From Syntrophaceae bacterium UBA1062 (GTDB lineage Bacteria > Desulfobacterota > Desulfomonilia > UBA1062), in NCBI GenBank assembly GCA_002316295.1, contig DCDF01000173.1:1-59918 (forward strand): DNA of 59,918 nt. The letters run 5' to 3'. Shown piece after piece: positions 1-8,873 of the stretch; the first letter of the stretch is position 1, and each line of letters starts with the position of its first letter. The notes beneath the pieces were generated by a model. The model saw only the letters and a list, made by a program, of their open reading frames with translations. It had not been told where the DNA came from and did not search any database. The translations under genes and the position numbers were made by a program.

Positions 1-308
1 CCGATAAAAAGATAGATTTGTCGACTCTCGAGGAGATGGATAATGACGAGGCAACAGATTTTCTCCGCACTATCCGGGGCATCGGGCGGTGGAGTGCGGA
101 GTATGTTCTTCTGCGGGGGCTCGGAAGGATCGACTCTTTTCCGGGAGATGATGTCGGTGCACAGAACAACCTCAAGCGCGTCTTCAAACTCGACCACAAG
201 CCTGGATACGAGGAAATCAGGAAGCTCACGGCACCCTGGCGCCCGTACGAAGGCCTCGTTTATTTTCACCTGCTTCTTCAGAACCTGCACCTGAAAGGGG
301 TCATATGA
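1..308 (+). CDS. HhH-GPD superfamily DNA glycosylase (AlkA / 3-methyladenine glycosylase II-like), C-terminal fragment; the 5' end lies outside the window
   Basis: The frame is open from nt 3 to the stop at 306-308. The translation ...FLRTIRGIGRWSAEYVLLRGLGRIDSFPGDD... shows the helix-hairpin-helix GIG loop followed by the Asp region typical of HhH-GPD glycosylases. Confidence 0.7.
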   Translation, partial: DKKIDLSTLEEMDNDEATDFLRTIRGIGRWSAEYVLLRGLGRIDSFPGDDVGAQNNLKRVFKLDHKPGYEEIRKLTAPWRPYEGLVYFHLLLQNLHLKGVI

Positions 309-829
309 AGACTGTTGTGCATACGATCGGCCATTCAACACGTACGATCGAGGAGTTTGTCGCGCTGCTTCAGGAATATGGCATTGAAATGGTGATCGAC
401 GTCAGGAGAATTGCCAGGTCCCGCCGTAATCCTCACTTCAATGAAGACGTGCTGCGCGAAGCTTTGAAGAGGCACAGCATCGAATACAGACGGATGGAAG
501 GGCTCGGAGGGCTGCGGCGTGCGGCAATCACCTCGGTAAACAGGGCCTGGAAGAATCCATCTTTTCGAGGATATGCCGACTATATGCAGACCCCGGCATT
601 TGCAGAGAACATGGAAGAGCTCATCGGGACAGCCGGACGAAAACAAACCGTTATCATGTGCGCCGAGGCCGTTCCATGGCGCTGCCACCGGTCACTCATC
701 GGCGACGCGCTCGTCGTTCGAGGCATCCACGTGGAAGACATCCTGGGCAGCAGGGCGAGCCGCCCTCACAAGCTCACCCCCTTTGCACTGGTTGACGGGA
801 CGACAATCATCTATCCTGCGACCGCCTGA
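305..829 (+). CDS. DUF488 family protein
   Basis: 174 aa. The N-terminus MKTVVHTIGHSTRTIEEFVALLQEYGIEMVIDVR and the C-terminal CAEAVPWRCHR motif are typical of DUF488. The ATG overlaps the upstream stop (ATGA). Confidence 0.8.
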   Translation: MKTVVHTIGHSTRTIEEFVALLQEYGIEMVIDVRRIARSRRNPHFNEDVLREALKRHSIEYRRMEGLGGLRRAAITSVNRAWKNPSFRGYADYMQTPAFAENMEELIGTAGRKQTVIMCAEAVPWRCHRSLIGDALVVRGIHVEDILGSRASRPHKLTPFALVDGTTIIYPATA

Positions 830-973
830 TACGCAGCCATCGGATGTATCAGAAGATGATCCAGTATCCGGCCGTACGAGTCTCAAGGGTCTGAAACAGC
901 TGCCGGGGAATATCACCGGCAGCTTAAAAGTGCTGCTCGTTCAACTGCAGTGAGAATGAAACCTCCGGTGCTT

Positions 974-1504
974 TCAGAAGGATGCTATTTCCCACTCGTC
1001 GTCGCTGTTTTTCTCAAAGACCAGCATGTAAGAATATATTATTCCGTCCCTCACGACCCGGATATCGTATTCGGCATAGTGGCTCCCATCCATTTTTATC
1101 ATCTTGATGTCGGATAGTTCTCTTGACATCGCAGCGAGCTGGTCTCTTGACAGCTTGGATAAATGCTCCCGGCGGATGTCTCTCTTCTCCTTGCAGAAAA
1201 AGCTCACCGCAGTATCGATGTCTCCTTTTTCCAAAGCCTTTCTCATCTGCTCCCATTTCGAGACGAGAAGCGCATTCAGATCGTTCAGCTCTTCCTCGGA
1301 CCACTGCTTGTCCTTGCCATGCCTGACCCGAAGCATGAACCTGAGCTCTTCGATCTCTTCCACGGGTAAGCCTTTCTGCTCCATCTGATCAAGGAATTCT
1401 CTTTCATCAGGGGTGAACTCATCGGAATTTGTTGCCCATACGCCTTGGCTTGAGAGAAGCACGGCCACCAGTGACAGGAACACACCTATTCTCTTCATCA
1501 GCAA
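974..1504 (-). CDS. Secreted hypothetical protein
   Basis: 176 aa with an N-terminal signal peptide (MLMKRIGVFLSLVAVLLSSQGVWA). The remainder is charged and helical with no recognisable family. Confidence 0.6.
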   Translation of the reverse strand: MLMKRIGVFLSLVAVLLSSQGVWATNSDEFTPDEREFLDQMEQKGLPVEEIEELRFMLRVRHGKDKQWSEEELNDLNALLVSKWEQMRKALEKGDIDTAVSFFCKEKRDIRREHLSKLSRDQLAAMSRELSDIKMIKMDGSHYAEYDIRVVRDGIIYSYMLVFEKNSDDEWEIASF

Positions 1505-1623
1505 CCTCCTTAAAATTTTATCAGCAAGGCTGCATGCCGAAAGTCGGCATAGCCCATATCAGTCCGTGAATAAAAACAAGTTTCTCAACAGCAGAGAAAA
1601 TAGGGATGGAATTCATGGTGAAA

Positions 1624-1698
1624 TGGTGGGCCGCGTAGGATTTGAACCTACGACTTCTACCGTGTGAAGGTAGCGCTCTCCCCCTGAGCTAGCGGCCC
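1624..1698 (-). tRNA. tRNA-Val (anticodon CAC), CCA encoded
   Basis: The minus strand reads GGGCCGC-UA-GCUC-AGGGGGA-GAGC-G-CUACC-UUCACAC-GGUAG-AAGUC-GUAGG-UUCAAAU-CCUAC-GCGGCCC-A-CCA. This is a full cloverleaf with 7/4/5/5 bp stems, a GTTCAAATC T-loop and anticodon CAC preceded by U33. Confidence 0.93.
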
Positions 1699-1938
1699 CC
1701 AAATGGTGTCAGAAATATACAGAGCGCCCCCCGGAGTGTCAAGAAGAATGTCGTCAGAGAATTCAGCACCATGAACCCGTGATCGGCCCGTGATCCCCGC
1801 GCCCGAATCAGGTCTGCGGACATCGAATCCGTGCATTCGCATCATGGACACGCCCTCCGCGCTTTCGGCGGACATCTTTCAGCGCAAAGGAAGAAGCTGA
1901 CGAGCAAGGTTTTGCCCCTGTTTTTTCCCGGAGCCGCA

Positions 1939-3870
1939 TCACTCCACCGGGAGGGAGAAATAGAACACGGTCCCCCGGTCTTTTTCCGAGGTGAACCAGA
2001 CCTCGCCTCCCATGATGTTCACCGCTTTCTTCACGATAGCGAGGCCGATGCCCGTGCCTTCGGCGCGGCCTTCGTGGCCCCGAAAGAATATATCGAAGAC
2101 ATTGTCCGCATACTCGCGGGGAATGCCGATCCCGTTGTCTGCTACGGAAAAGATATGGGTGCTCGGCTCCTTGTGATACCCGATGCTGATCACGAGATCA
2201 CGCTGGGGGTGGGCATACTTGATGGCGTTGGAGATGAGGTTGGAGAACACCTGCATGAGCCTCACCCGGTCCGCCCTGACCTTGGGCAGGGGCGATTCCA
2301 CCACCAGGGCGCCATTCTTGGAATCGAGCTGCGGGGCGAGTTCCACGGAGATCTCGTCGATGAGCTTGTGCACGGGGAACTCCTCTTTCTTGAGCTTCAG
2401 GCTCTCCACGGCGGAAAGGGTCAGGAGGTCGGTCACGAACTTCTCCATGCGCTTCCCGCTTTCCTTGACTGCATTGATATATTCCAGCTCCCGCGCGTCA
2501 AGCTTGGGGCCGGCCGTTTTCAGGAAGCGTTCGCAGAAGCCGTTGATCGCAATGATGGGGTTCTTGAGGTCGTGCGAGACCGTAGACACCAGGGTCCTGA
2601 GCTCTTCGTTTCGCTGGTGGATGAGGTTTACGGCGTCTTTGAGGTCTTTGGATGTATTGGCGATCTCCTGGAAGAGCAGGATGTTTTCCATCACCGTGCC
2701 CATGTGCACGCCTATGGTTATGAGCAGGCGCTCGTCTTCTGGCGAAATGATCCTCTCTCCCAATGAGCCGATGTTCATGACACCGATGAGGCGGGTGCGC
2801 GAGAACAGCGGGATGGATGCGAACGATCTGATGCCCTGCTTCTTGAAGATGAGCGAGCTGATCCTCGGGTCTTTGGACGCATTCTCGATGATGATGGGCT
2901 CGCCCCTTTCCGCCACGCGTCCGGCGATTCCCTCGCCGATTCGGAGCTCCTTGATGCTGTATGCCACCTTTTCCGGAATGCCGTGGGAATAGGCGCACCT
3001 GAGAACCTGTTTCTCCTCGTCAAGCAGATAGATCCACCCTGTCTCGATGTCCATGAGCTGAAGTACCTGGGCCAGGGTGTTCTCAAGCACTTCCTTGAGA
3101 TCGATGGAAGAGCTCAGCGTCTTGGAAATCAGGTTCACCGCAGTCAGATCCTGGTTCTGCCTCAGCAGGCGCCTCTCCAACGCCACCTTTTCCGTGACGT
3201 CGCGCAGCAGGGCGATGGACGTGCCCGGCCGCTCCTCGATGAAGTGGAAGTTGCCCTCCAGGATCTTGACGCCTGCGGGCGTTTTCACGTTGAACCTGCT
3301 GAAGAATCCCGGGGCGAAGCTCTCCTTGAGCGGAAGCAGTTCCTGCCTGCCCTTCTCGTCCGCAAGCTTCGAGAGGTCCGTGCCAAGGATCTCCTCGGCG
3401 CTCATGCCCATGATATTGTTGAACGCAGGGTTGCTGAATGTGATCACGCCGCGGCTCATGATGATGATGGCGTCGGGCGCGTCCTCGATGATCCGCCGGT
3501 ACCTGCCCTCGCGGGACAGTCCTCCGCTCACGAAATCGCCGATGAGGATATAGATGGCATCGAGCTTGTAGCCGATGATATTGATGAACCCGGACGCCCT
3601 CACCCCGGGCACGCTCAGGGTCTCGACGATCAGGGAAAACGGCTTGTCGGTCTCGATCAGTCTCTTGAGACTCTTCTCCAGGCGCTCGTCCACGAGGAGC
3701 CTGTGGATGAGCTCATAGAGCGACTGCCCTACGATTGGTGAGATCGCCTGTCCGAGGTTCGACTCGAGCACCGAGTTGATGTAGATCACGGTGCCGCTCG
3801 CATCGAAGGCGCATACGGCGAACGGGGCCTTATGAAAAATGGTCTTTACCTGACTGATCAGCTTGTCCAT
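1939..3870 (-). CDS. PAS/GAF sensor histidine kinase
   Basis: PAS and GAF regions are followed by the H-box VSTVSHDLKNPI, N-box SNLISNAIKY, and G-boxes DNGIGI and GTGIGLAIV. The start is placed at MDKLISQ (ATG 3870), 5 nt after the upstream stop. The longer ORF start at 3924 would overlap the MBL gene. Confidence 0.85.
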   Translation of the reverse strand: MDKLISQVKTIFHKAPFAVCAFDASGTVIYINSVLESNLGQAISPIVGQSLYELIHRLLVDERLEKSLKRLIETDKPFSLIVETLSVPGVRASGFINIIGYKLDAIYILIGDFVSGGLSREGRYRRIIEDAPDAIIIMSRGVITFSNPAFNNIMGMSAEEILGTDLSKLADEKGRQELLPLKESFAPGFFSRFNVKTPAGVKILEGNFHFIEERPGTSIALLRDVTEKVALERRLLRQNQDLTAVNLISKTLSSSIDLKEVLENTLAQVLQLMDIETGWIYLLDEEKQVLRCAYSHGIPEKVAYSIKELRIGEGIAGRVAERGEPIIIENASKDPRISSLIFKKQGIRSFASIPLFSRTRLIGVMNIGSLGERIISPEDERLLITIGVHMGTVMENILLFQEIANTSKDLKDAVNLIHQRNEELRTLVSTVSHDLKNPIIAINGFCERFLKTAGPKLDARELEYINAVKESGKRMEKFVTDLLTLSAVESLKLKKEEFPVHKLIDEISVELAPQLDSKNGALVVESPLPKVRADRVRLMQVFSNLISNAIKYAHPQRDLVISIGYHKEPSTHIFSVADNGIGIPREYADNVFDIFFRGHEGRAEGTGIGLAIVKKAVNIMGGEVWFTSEKDRGTVFYFSLPVE

Positions 3871-3875
3871 AGTCC

Positions 3876-4496
3876 TTACGGGAGCGTGTACGCTTCTCCC
3901 GGCTCGAGGATGCGGACAGTGCACGCACAGTTCCGGGCGAACGCCTGCGCGTCATCCTTCGACCCCACGATGTCGCCGAAATGGATGGGGATTACCTCGC
4001 CTGCCCGGATGTCCTCCACGGCCGCGGCAGCCTCCCGGGCATCCATGGTGTAGGTCCCGCCTACAGGGATGAGGGCCAGATCCACCTTCAGGCCCTTCAT
4101 CTCGGGGATGCGGTCCGTGTCGCCTGCGTGGTATATCCTCCTGCCGTCGGCCGCAACCACATACCCCAGCCAGCCCTTCACCCGTGGATGAAAGCTCTTG
4201 GAGATATTATAGGCGGGAACGGTCTCTATCGCGACATCGCCGAAAGCGATTTTCTCTCCGGGGCCGACGACATCCGTCACAAGAGGCGCGGACATGGGCG
4301 CCGCCACCCGGGTGGACGCTCCTGCGAGCTGCATCACATCCGCTTCGGAGTAGTGATCGTAATGATCATGGGTGAGAAGTATGATGTCTGCTTTCGGTGA
4401 CGAGGGGCCCAGTTTCCACGGATCGATGTAGATGACCCCTGACCGGCTTCGGATCATGACGCTTGCATGTCCCAACCACACAACTTCGAGCGACAT
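3876..4496 (-). CDS. MBL-fold metallo-hydrolase
   Basis: 206 aa with the metallo-beta-lactamase motif LLTHDHYDHY and downstream His/Asp ligand positions. Confidence 0.8.
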   Translation of the reverse strand: MSLEVVWLGHASVMIRSRSGVIYIDPWKLGPSSPKADIILLTHDHYDHYSEADVMQLAGASTRVAAPMSAPLVTDVVGPGEKIAFGDVAIETVPAYNISKSFHPRVKGWLGYVVAADGRRIYHAGDTDRIPEMKGLKVDLALIPVGGTYTMDAREAAAAVEDIRAGEVIPIHFGDIVGSKDDAQAFARNCACTVRILEPGEAYTLP

Positions 4497-4752
4497 ATAT
4501 CACCCCCGGATAAAATTCGAACCCCAACAAATCATGAAAAAATATCATACAGAAGCGCAGGAGGTCTTTCAATAAAAAATCCTTTGCGTTCCTGCAAAAC
4601 GGCTTCAGGCCCTTCTTGAGCAACAGGTCGGAAACGATGTAATGCAGCCTGAATCGTATTCCGGGCGCGGGAAACGCCCGGCAGATGCGGCTCGCCCCTG
4701 CGCTTTCGTCAGGGAAATCACGCTGTAAAGTGAGGTGCCTGTGCGGGGGTGT

Positions 4753-5157
4753 CTACTTGCCCTTGAATGCGCCCAGCTGGCAGGGGGTCACCCTGATTCC
4801 CAGAGAGTCGGCAGCGTTTCCGACTTCGGAGCGTAAGATGCCTGCGGAGTCCGCAATGTCCCAGAGCTCCCTGCAGGGGATCCTTCCGCCCTTCGAGGCG
4901 CTTTTGATCCTGTCCAGCACCTCTCCGGGTATCTCTACCGGCCTGCCCACGATCTTGTATTCGGAAACACCCTTCCTGCCATAGCCGAACAGGCCGAGCT
5001 GGCACTGATAGAGTTTGACCTTGATCGCAGTCGCGACATCCCCGACCGCTTCGGGCGTCACATTCAAAGATGCAGCGATGAAATGGGCCACCGGACACGG
5101 GAGCTTGTCCTTCTCGGGATAAGTCCGGATCATCTCTTCGATTTTCTTGGTGTCCAT
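4753..5157 (-). CDS. Hypothetical protein with an internally duplicated Cys-X(~30)-CQLG module
   Basis: 134 aa. Two roughly 40-aa repeats, LPCPVAHFIAASLNVTPEAVGDVATAIKVKLYQCQLGLFG and IPCRELWDIADSAGILRSEVGNAADSLGIRVTPCQLGAFK. It lies 8 nt downstream of the ADP-forming synthetase gene. Confidence 0.6.
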   Translation of the reverse strand: MDTKKIEEMIRTYPEKDKLPCPVAHFIAASLNVTPEAVGDVATAIKVKLYQCQLGLFGYGRKGVSEYKIVGRPVEIPGEVLDRIKSASKGGRIPCRELWDIADSAGILRSEVGNAADSLGIRVTPCQLGAFKGK

Positions 5158-5165
5158 GTCTTCTC

Positions 5166-7406
5166 CTATCCGATAATCATGAGAGCGTCCGCCACCTTGG
5201 GGGCTCCGCCTGTGATAATGATCGGGTTCAGGTCTATCTCTTTTATCGCCGGGAAGTCAAGAGCGATGTCTCCGAGCCGTACGAGGAGATCGGCCAGCGC
5301 TTCGCGGTCCACCTTCTCCATATTGCGGTAAGGCCCCAGGAGCGCCTTGGCTCGGATGGATCCGATCATCTCATCGGCGTCGTTCTCGGTGAGCGGTGCG
5401 AGACGGATGGCGAAGTCCCGGTGAGCCTCTGCGAAGACGCCCCCGAGCCCGAACATGACACAGGGCGGAAACCCTGGAAAGTAGCTCACGCCCGCCATGA
5501 ACTCGCGCTTGCCCTTGATCATCTCCGCCACCAGGACCTGCGAGTCCGCATCGTATGCCCGGATGGCGTCGAATGCCCGCACGAGGGCGGTCTCGTCATT
5601 CACATCCAGAAACACCAGACCGTGCTCGGTCTTGTGTGCAATGGACGGAGAACACGCCTTCACCGCAACTGGATAACCCAGGCGCCGTGCAGCGTCGAGT
5701 GCCTCCTCGCGGCTGCCGGCAAGAGTCTCTTCCGCTGTGGGTATGCCGTAGGCCCTCAGGAGCTGCTTCGCCGAATACTCGTCCATGCCTTTCGGGTTGC
5801 AGCCCGCCACGATTTCCTGCGCCCTTTCGGGGACGGCTCTCCCGGCCGTCCGCCGGCCCGCGGCAGACGCCCGGTTGCGGATGAGATAGTGCCGGTAGAG
5901 GGCCGCCATTGCCTGGGCCGCCTTTTCCGGAGAATCGAAGGTGGGGATGGAGTGCTCGTGGAAGACCCGGACGGTGTGATCGCTTTCGTCGAAGAACGAG
6001 GATATCAGGAGGGGCTTCCCGTGGTCATGTGGCATGCGAACGAGCTCGTTCAGCTCGATCTCGCTGAATTTGATGAATTTTTCGTGGTCGATGGGCATGC
6101 GCTTGTTTATGGAAGGGTACAGGAGGTCCACGAACCCGGTGTCCATGATGCCATGGATGATGACGCCGTCGATCTCCGGTGCTGAGAAGAGGATTTCCGG
6201 TATTTTGATCGTGAGGGCCTCCATGCCGATGTGAAAGGTGAGGTCCACCGGATTGCGCGCGCTCGCGTGGCCCTGAAGATACCGGCTGACCTGATCCTGG
6301 ATCTCCGGAGAGAACTCCGGCACTTCGAGGCCCGATGCATTGCATGTGGTGGCGATGCCCGTGCCCGGCCCGCCCGAGTTGGTGAGCACCCCGATGCGAG
6401 GACCTCTCAGCGGCGGCTGGGTGGCCAGAGCCCAGCCGATGCGGTAGACATCCTCGATGGTGCTCACACGGATGATGCCGGCCTGCTCGAAGAGCCCGTC
6501 ATAGACATAATCCGGTCCCGCCATGGCGCCGGTATGGCTGGACCCGGAGCGCGCCCCTGCCTCGGTACCTCCCACATACTGGGCCACGATGGGCTTGCGC
6601 CTGCTGATTTTCCGGGCAACGTCAAGAAATCGCCCGGCGTCGCGGATGCCCTCGATATAGAGGCCGATGGCCTTTGTATGCTCGTCCTCGCCGAGATATT
6701 CCAGGCAGTCGGTGATCGTGATGTTCGCCTCGTTGCCCACGCTGATGGCCTTGCCCATGGCGATGCCGTTGCGTTGGAGAAACTGGACGCTCTGCGCAAT
6801 GTACGTGCCGCTCTGGGAAGCCAGTGAGAACCCCCCGCCATAGCGCAGGATAGGAGCCACCGTTACGTTCAAAGGCAGGTGAGTGTTCACGATGCCCAGG
6901 CAGTTGGGACCCAGAAACCGGATGCCGTAGGCATCCGCAATCTCGATGATGCGCTTTTCGAGCTCCCTGCCCTTCTCCCCGGTCTCGCGGAACCCCGCTG
7001 TGATGATGATGGCGTGGCGGGTGCCGATCTTGCCGAATTCCTCGAGCATCCCGGGCACGACCGCCGTGGGCACTACGAGAATGGCGAGATCAGGCGCATA
7101 CGGCAGCTCGCTGACAGTGCGGTATGCTTTTTTCCCCAGCACCTCGCTCTCCTTGGGGTGGATTGGCATAATCTCTCCGCCGAATCCGCTGTCGATCAGG
7201 TTGATCAGCTGGATCGTGCCCATTTTCCTCAGATTGTTGCTCGCGCCAGCCATGGAAATAGACGTGGGGTTCATGATTGTCTCAAGGGGTCCTGCCGCCA
7301 TGCTCACCTTCCTTTCACTCTCCATGCACACTGTAGAGATATAATTTGGAATATCAAGAAATTCTATCATATCAGTTCCTTGAGGCAACGGCAAGAGATC
7401 ATTCAC
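5166..7406 (-). CDS. Acetyl/acyl-CoA synthetase (ADP/NDP-forming), fused alpha-beta type
   Basis: Contains a CoA-binding Rossmann region, a succinyl-CoA-ligase-like domain (GPNCLGI, SQSGT) and a C-terminal ATP-grasp domain ending ...EIDLNPIII. The exact start is uncertain because there are several in-frame Met codons near the 5' end. Confidence 0.85.
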   Translation of the reverse strand: MNDLLPLPQGTDMIEFLDIPNYISTVCMESERKVSMAAGPLETIMNPTSISMAGASNNLRKMGTIQLINLIDSGFGGEIMPIHPKESEVLGKKAYRTVSELPYAPDLAILVVPTAVVPGMLEEFGKIGTRHAIIITAGFRETGEKGRELEKRIIEIADAYGIRFLGPNCLGIVNTHLPLNVTVAPILRYGGGFSLASQSGTYIAQSVQFLQRNGIAMGKAISVGNEANITITDCLEYLGEDEHTKAIGLYIEGIRDAGRFLDVARKISRRKPIVAQYVGGTEAGARSGSSHTGAMAGPDYVYDGLFEQAGIIRVSTIEDVYRIGWALATQPPLRGPRIGVLTNSGGPGTGIATTCNASGLEVPEFSPEIQDQVSRYLQGHASARNPVDLTFHIGMEALTIKIPEILFSAPEIDGVIIHGIMDTGFVDLLYPSINKRMPIDHEKFIKFSEIELNELVRMPHDHGKPLLISSFFDESDHTVRVFHEHSIPTFDSPEKAAQAMAALYRHYLIRNRASAAGRRTAGRAVPERAQEIVAGCNPKGMDEYSAKQLLRAYGIPTAEETLAGSREEALDAARRLGYPVAVKACSPSIAHKTEHGLVFLDVNDETALVRAFDAIRAYDADSQVLVAEMIKGKREFMAGVSYFPGFPPCVMFGLGGVFAEAHRDFAIRLAPLTENDADEMIGSIRAKALLGPYRNMEKVDREALADLLVRLGDIALDFPAIKEIDLNPIIITGGAPKVADALMIIG

Positions 7407-7463
7407 TATTCAATGAAGAAAAGGGGCGGGTCATGCATTATGCCGGCACTGTGAAACAGGCCA

Positions 7464-8252
7464 TTGCAAACAGCGGTGCCGGTGCCTATGATGTCTGTAA
7501 TGCCTGACCGCAACTTCATCACCTCTTCGCCCGCCTACCGGTATCTGGCCGGGCTGATCGACCGGTATCACCGGTTCATGCATTCACCTTCGAGGCTCAG
7601 GCGGGGCATCAGCTTTGCGGTGTTCTCCTGCATAGCCTTCTTCGCGGCGCTCTGCCTGTTTCAGGTGACCGACCCCTACCCGCTGAAAGGCTGGATATAT
7701 CTTCGGCTCACTCTGGAGGATCTCGGAATAGCCGGTGCGATCATCTTCGTTTTTCTCATCAGCATCCTGCCGCTCATCTCGCCGTTGAGCCTGCTGATCA
7801 TCACCGGGGCGGCGAGCTTCGGGCCGGTTCCCGGTATGGTCCTCTCCTATATCGGCTCTCTGATCAATGCAAACATCGCATTTCTGCTCGTCAAAGCTCT
7901 CGGCATCGAACACCGGTGGGGCCATGAGGCGCGGGCCGCCCGCATCAAGGAATCCATTCAGAGAAACGGCTACCCGATCGTTTTGCTCCTCCAGGCGGCC
8001 ACAATCTTTCCGTTCATCGCCATCAACTCCGCGGCCGCGGCCGCCGGGGTGGACTGGAAAGACTTCATGAAGGCCACCTCACTGGGCATCCTGCCGTCGA
8101 TCATGATCTATTCGTTCCTCGGAGAGGCTCTCGTGTCAAGGTTCTTGTCGCCGCAGGTGTATTTTTCTCTCATTATCATGGTGGTCCTGACCATCTTCAC
8201 CACTGCAATGAGAAAACAGAAGATCCGCCTGAGACGCAAACACATCAAGTAG
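7464..8252 (+). CDS. TVP38/TMEM64 (DedA-related, SNARE-associated) membrane protein
   Basis: Multi-pass membrane protein. The core LISILPLISPLSLLIITGAASFGPVPGMVLSYIGSLINANIAFLLVKALG is typical of the family. The start is uncertain. Confidence 0.7.
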   Translation: MQTAVPVPMMSVMPDRNFITSSPAYRYLAGLIDRYHRFMHSPSRLRRGISFAVFSCIAFFAALCLFQVTDPYPLKGWIYLRLTLEDLGIAGAIIFVFLISILPLISPLSLLIITGAASFGPVPGMVLSYIGSLINANIAFLLVKALGIEHRWGHEARAARIKESIQRNGYPIVLLLQAATIFPFIAINSAAAAAGVDWKDFMKATSLGILPSIMIYSFLGEALVSRFLSPQVYFSLIIMVVLTIFTTAMRKQKIRLRRKHIK

Positions 8253-8873
8253 GCGGGAGACAAACGTCTCCACGTGAAAGCCGGGTATATAATCGTGGAT
8301 TCCCTTCAGGCCCGGGTCGCCTTCCATGCCGAACACCCTGCGGGAGAGCGTGGCATCGACCGCGAGCGGAACGACTCCCTGGAAGAGCATGAAGCCCCTC
8401 TTCCTCAGAGCGGCCAGGCCGAGAACTTTCGAGCCCCCGATGCAGAGCTCCACCGGGGAAGAACGCCGGAAGCAGATGCTCGAAAACCCGGTTTCGTCAC
8501 CCTTCATTTCCACTGCCAGGCCGCAGTGTTCGAGGGCCGAGGCGAATATTCCGGTGACCGTTCTGCAGGAATCTTCGATTCCCCGGGAAAATCTGCCTCT
8601 GCAGGGCACGGACAGACTGAATGTGATGTCGCGCACATGCAGAACGGCGCCTCCGCCCGTGGGGCGTCTGAGCAGGGGGATATGAAGCGACGGGTCTGAA
8701 GGGGTGAATGCTTTCTGATGACGACCGAAGGTCACCGCGGGCTCGGACCAGTCATAGATCCGCAACACTCCGGAGCGTGAGCCTGAAATTACGGACTCGA
8801 ACATGGCCAGGTCCCTCGCCATGTTCGAACGGGAGTCGTATGAGCCGTCGAGAACCAGCTCCCATGCGCTCAT
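8136..8873 (-). CDS. Lipoate-protein ligase / octanoyltransferase family protein (BPL_LplA_LipB catalytic domain only)
   Basis: Starts at MSAWELV (ATG 8873-8871), overlapping the accB stop (ATGA). Motifs RRPTGGGAVLHV and GGSKVLGLAA (the conserved Lys region) match the LplA/LipM type. The N-terminal 115 codons of the longest ORF overlap accB and were rejected. Confidence 0.75.
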   Translation of the reverse strand: MSAWELVLDGSYDSRSNMARDLAMFESVISGSRSGVLRIYDWSEPAVTFGRHQKAFTPSDPSLHIPLLRRPTGGGAVLHVRDITFSLSVPCRGRFSRGIEDSCRTVTGIFASALEHCGLAVEMKGDETGFSSICFRRSSPVELCIGGSKVLGLAALRKRGFMLFQGVVPLAVDATLSRRVFGMEGDPGLKGIHDYIPGFHVETFVSRLLDVFASQADLLFSHCSGEDGQDHHDNERKIHLRRQEP

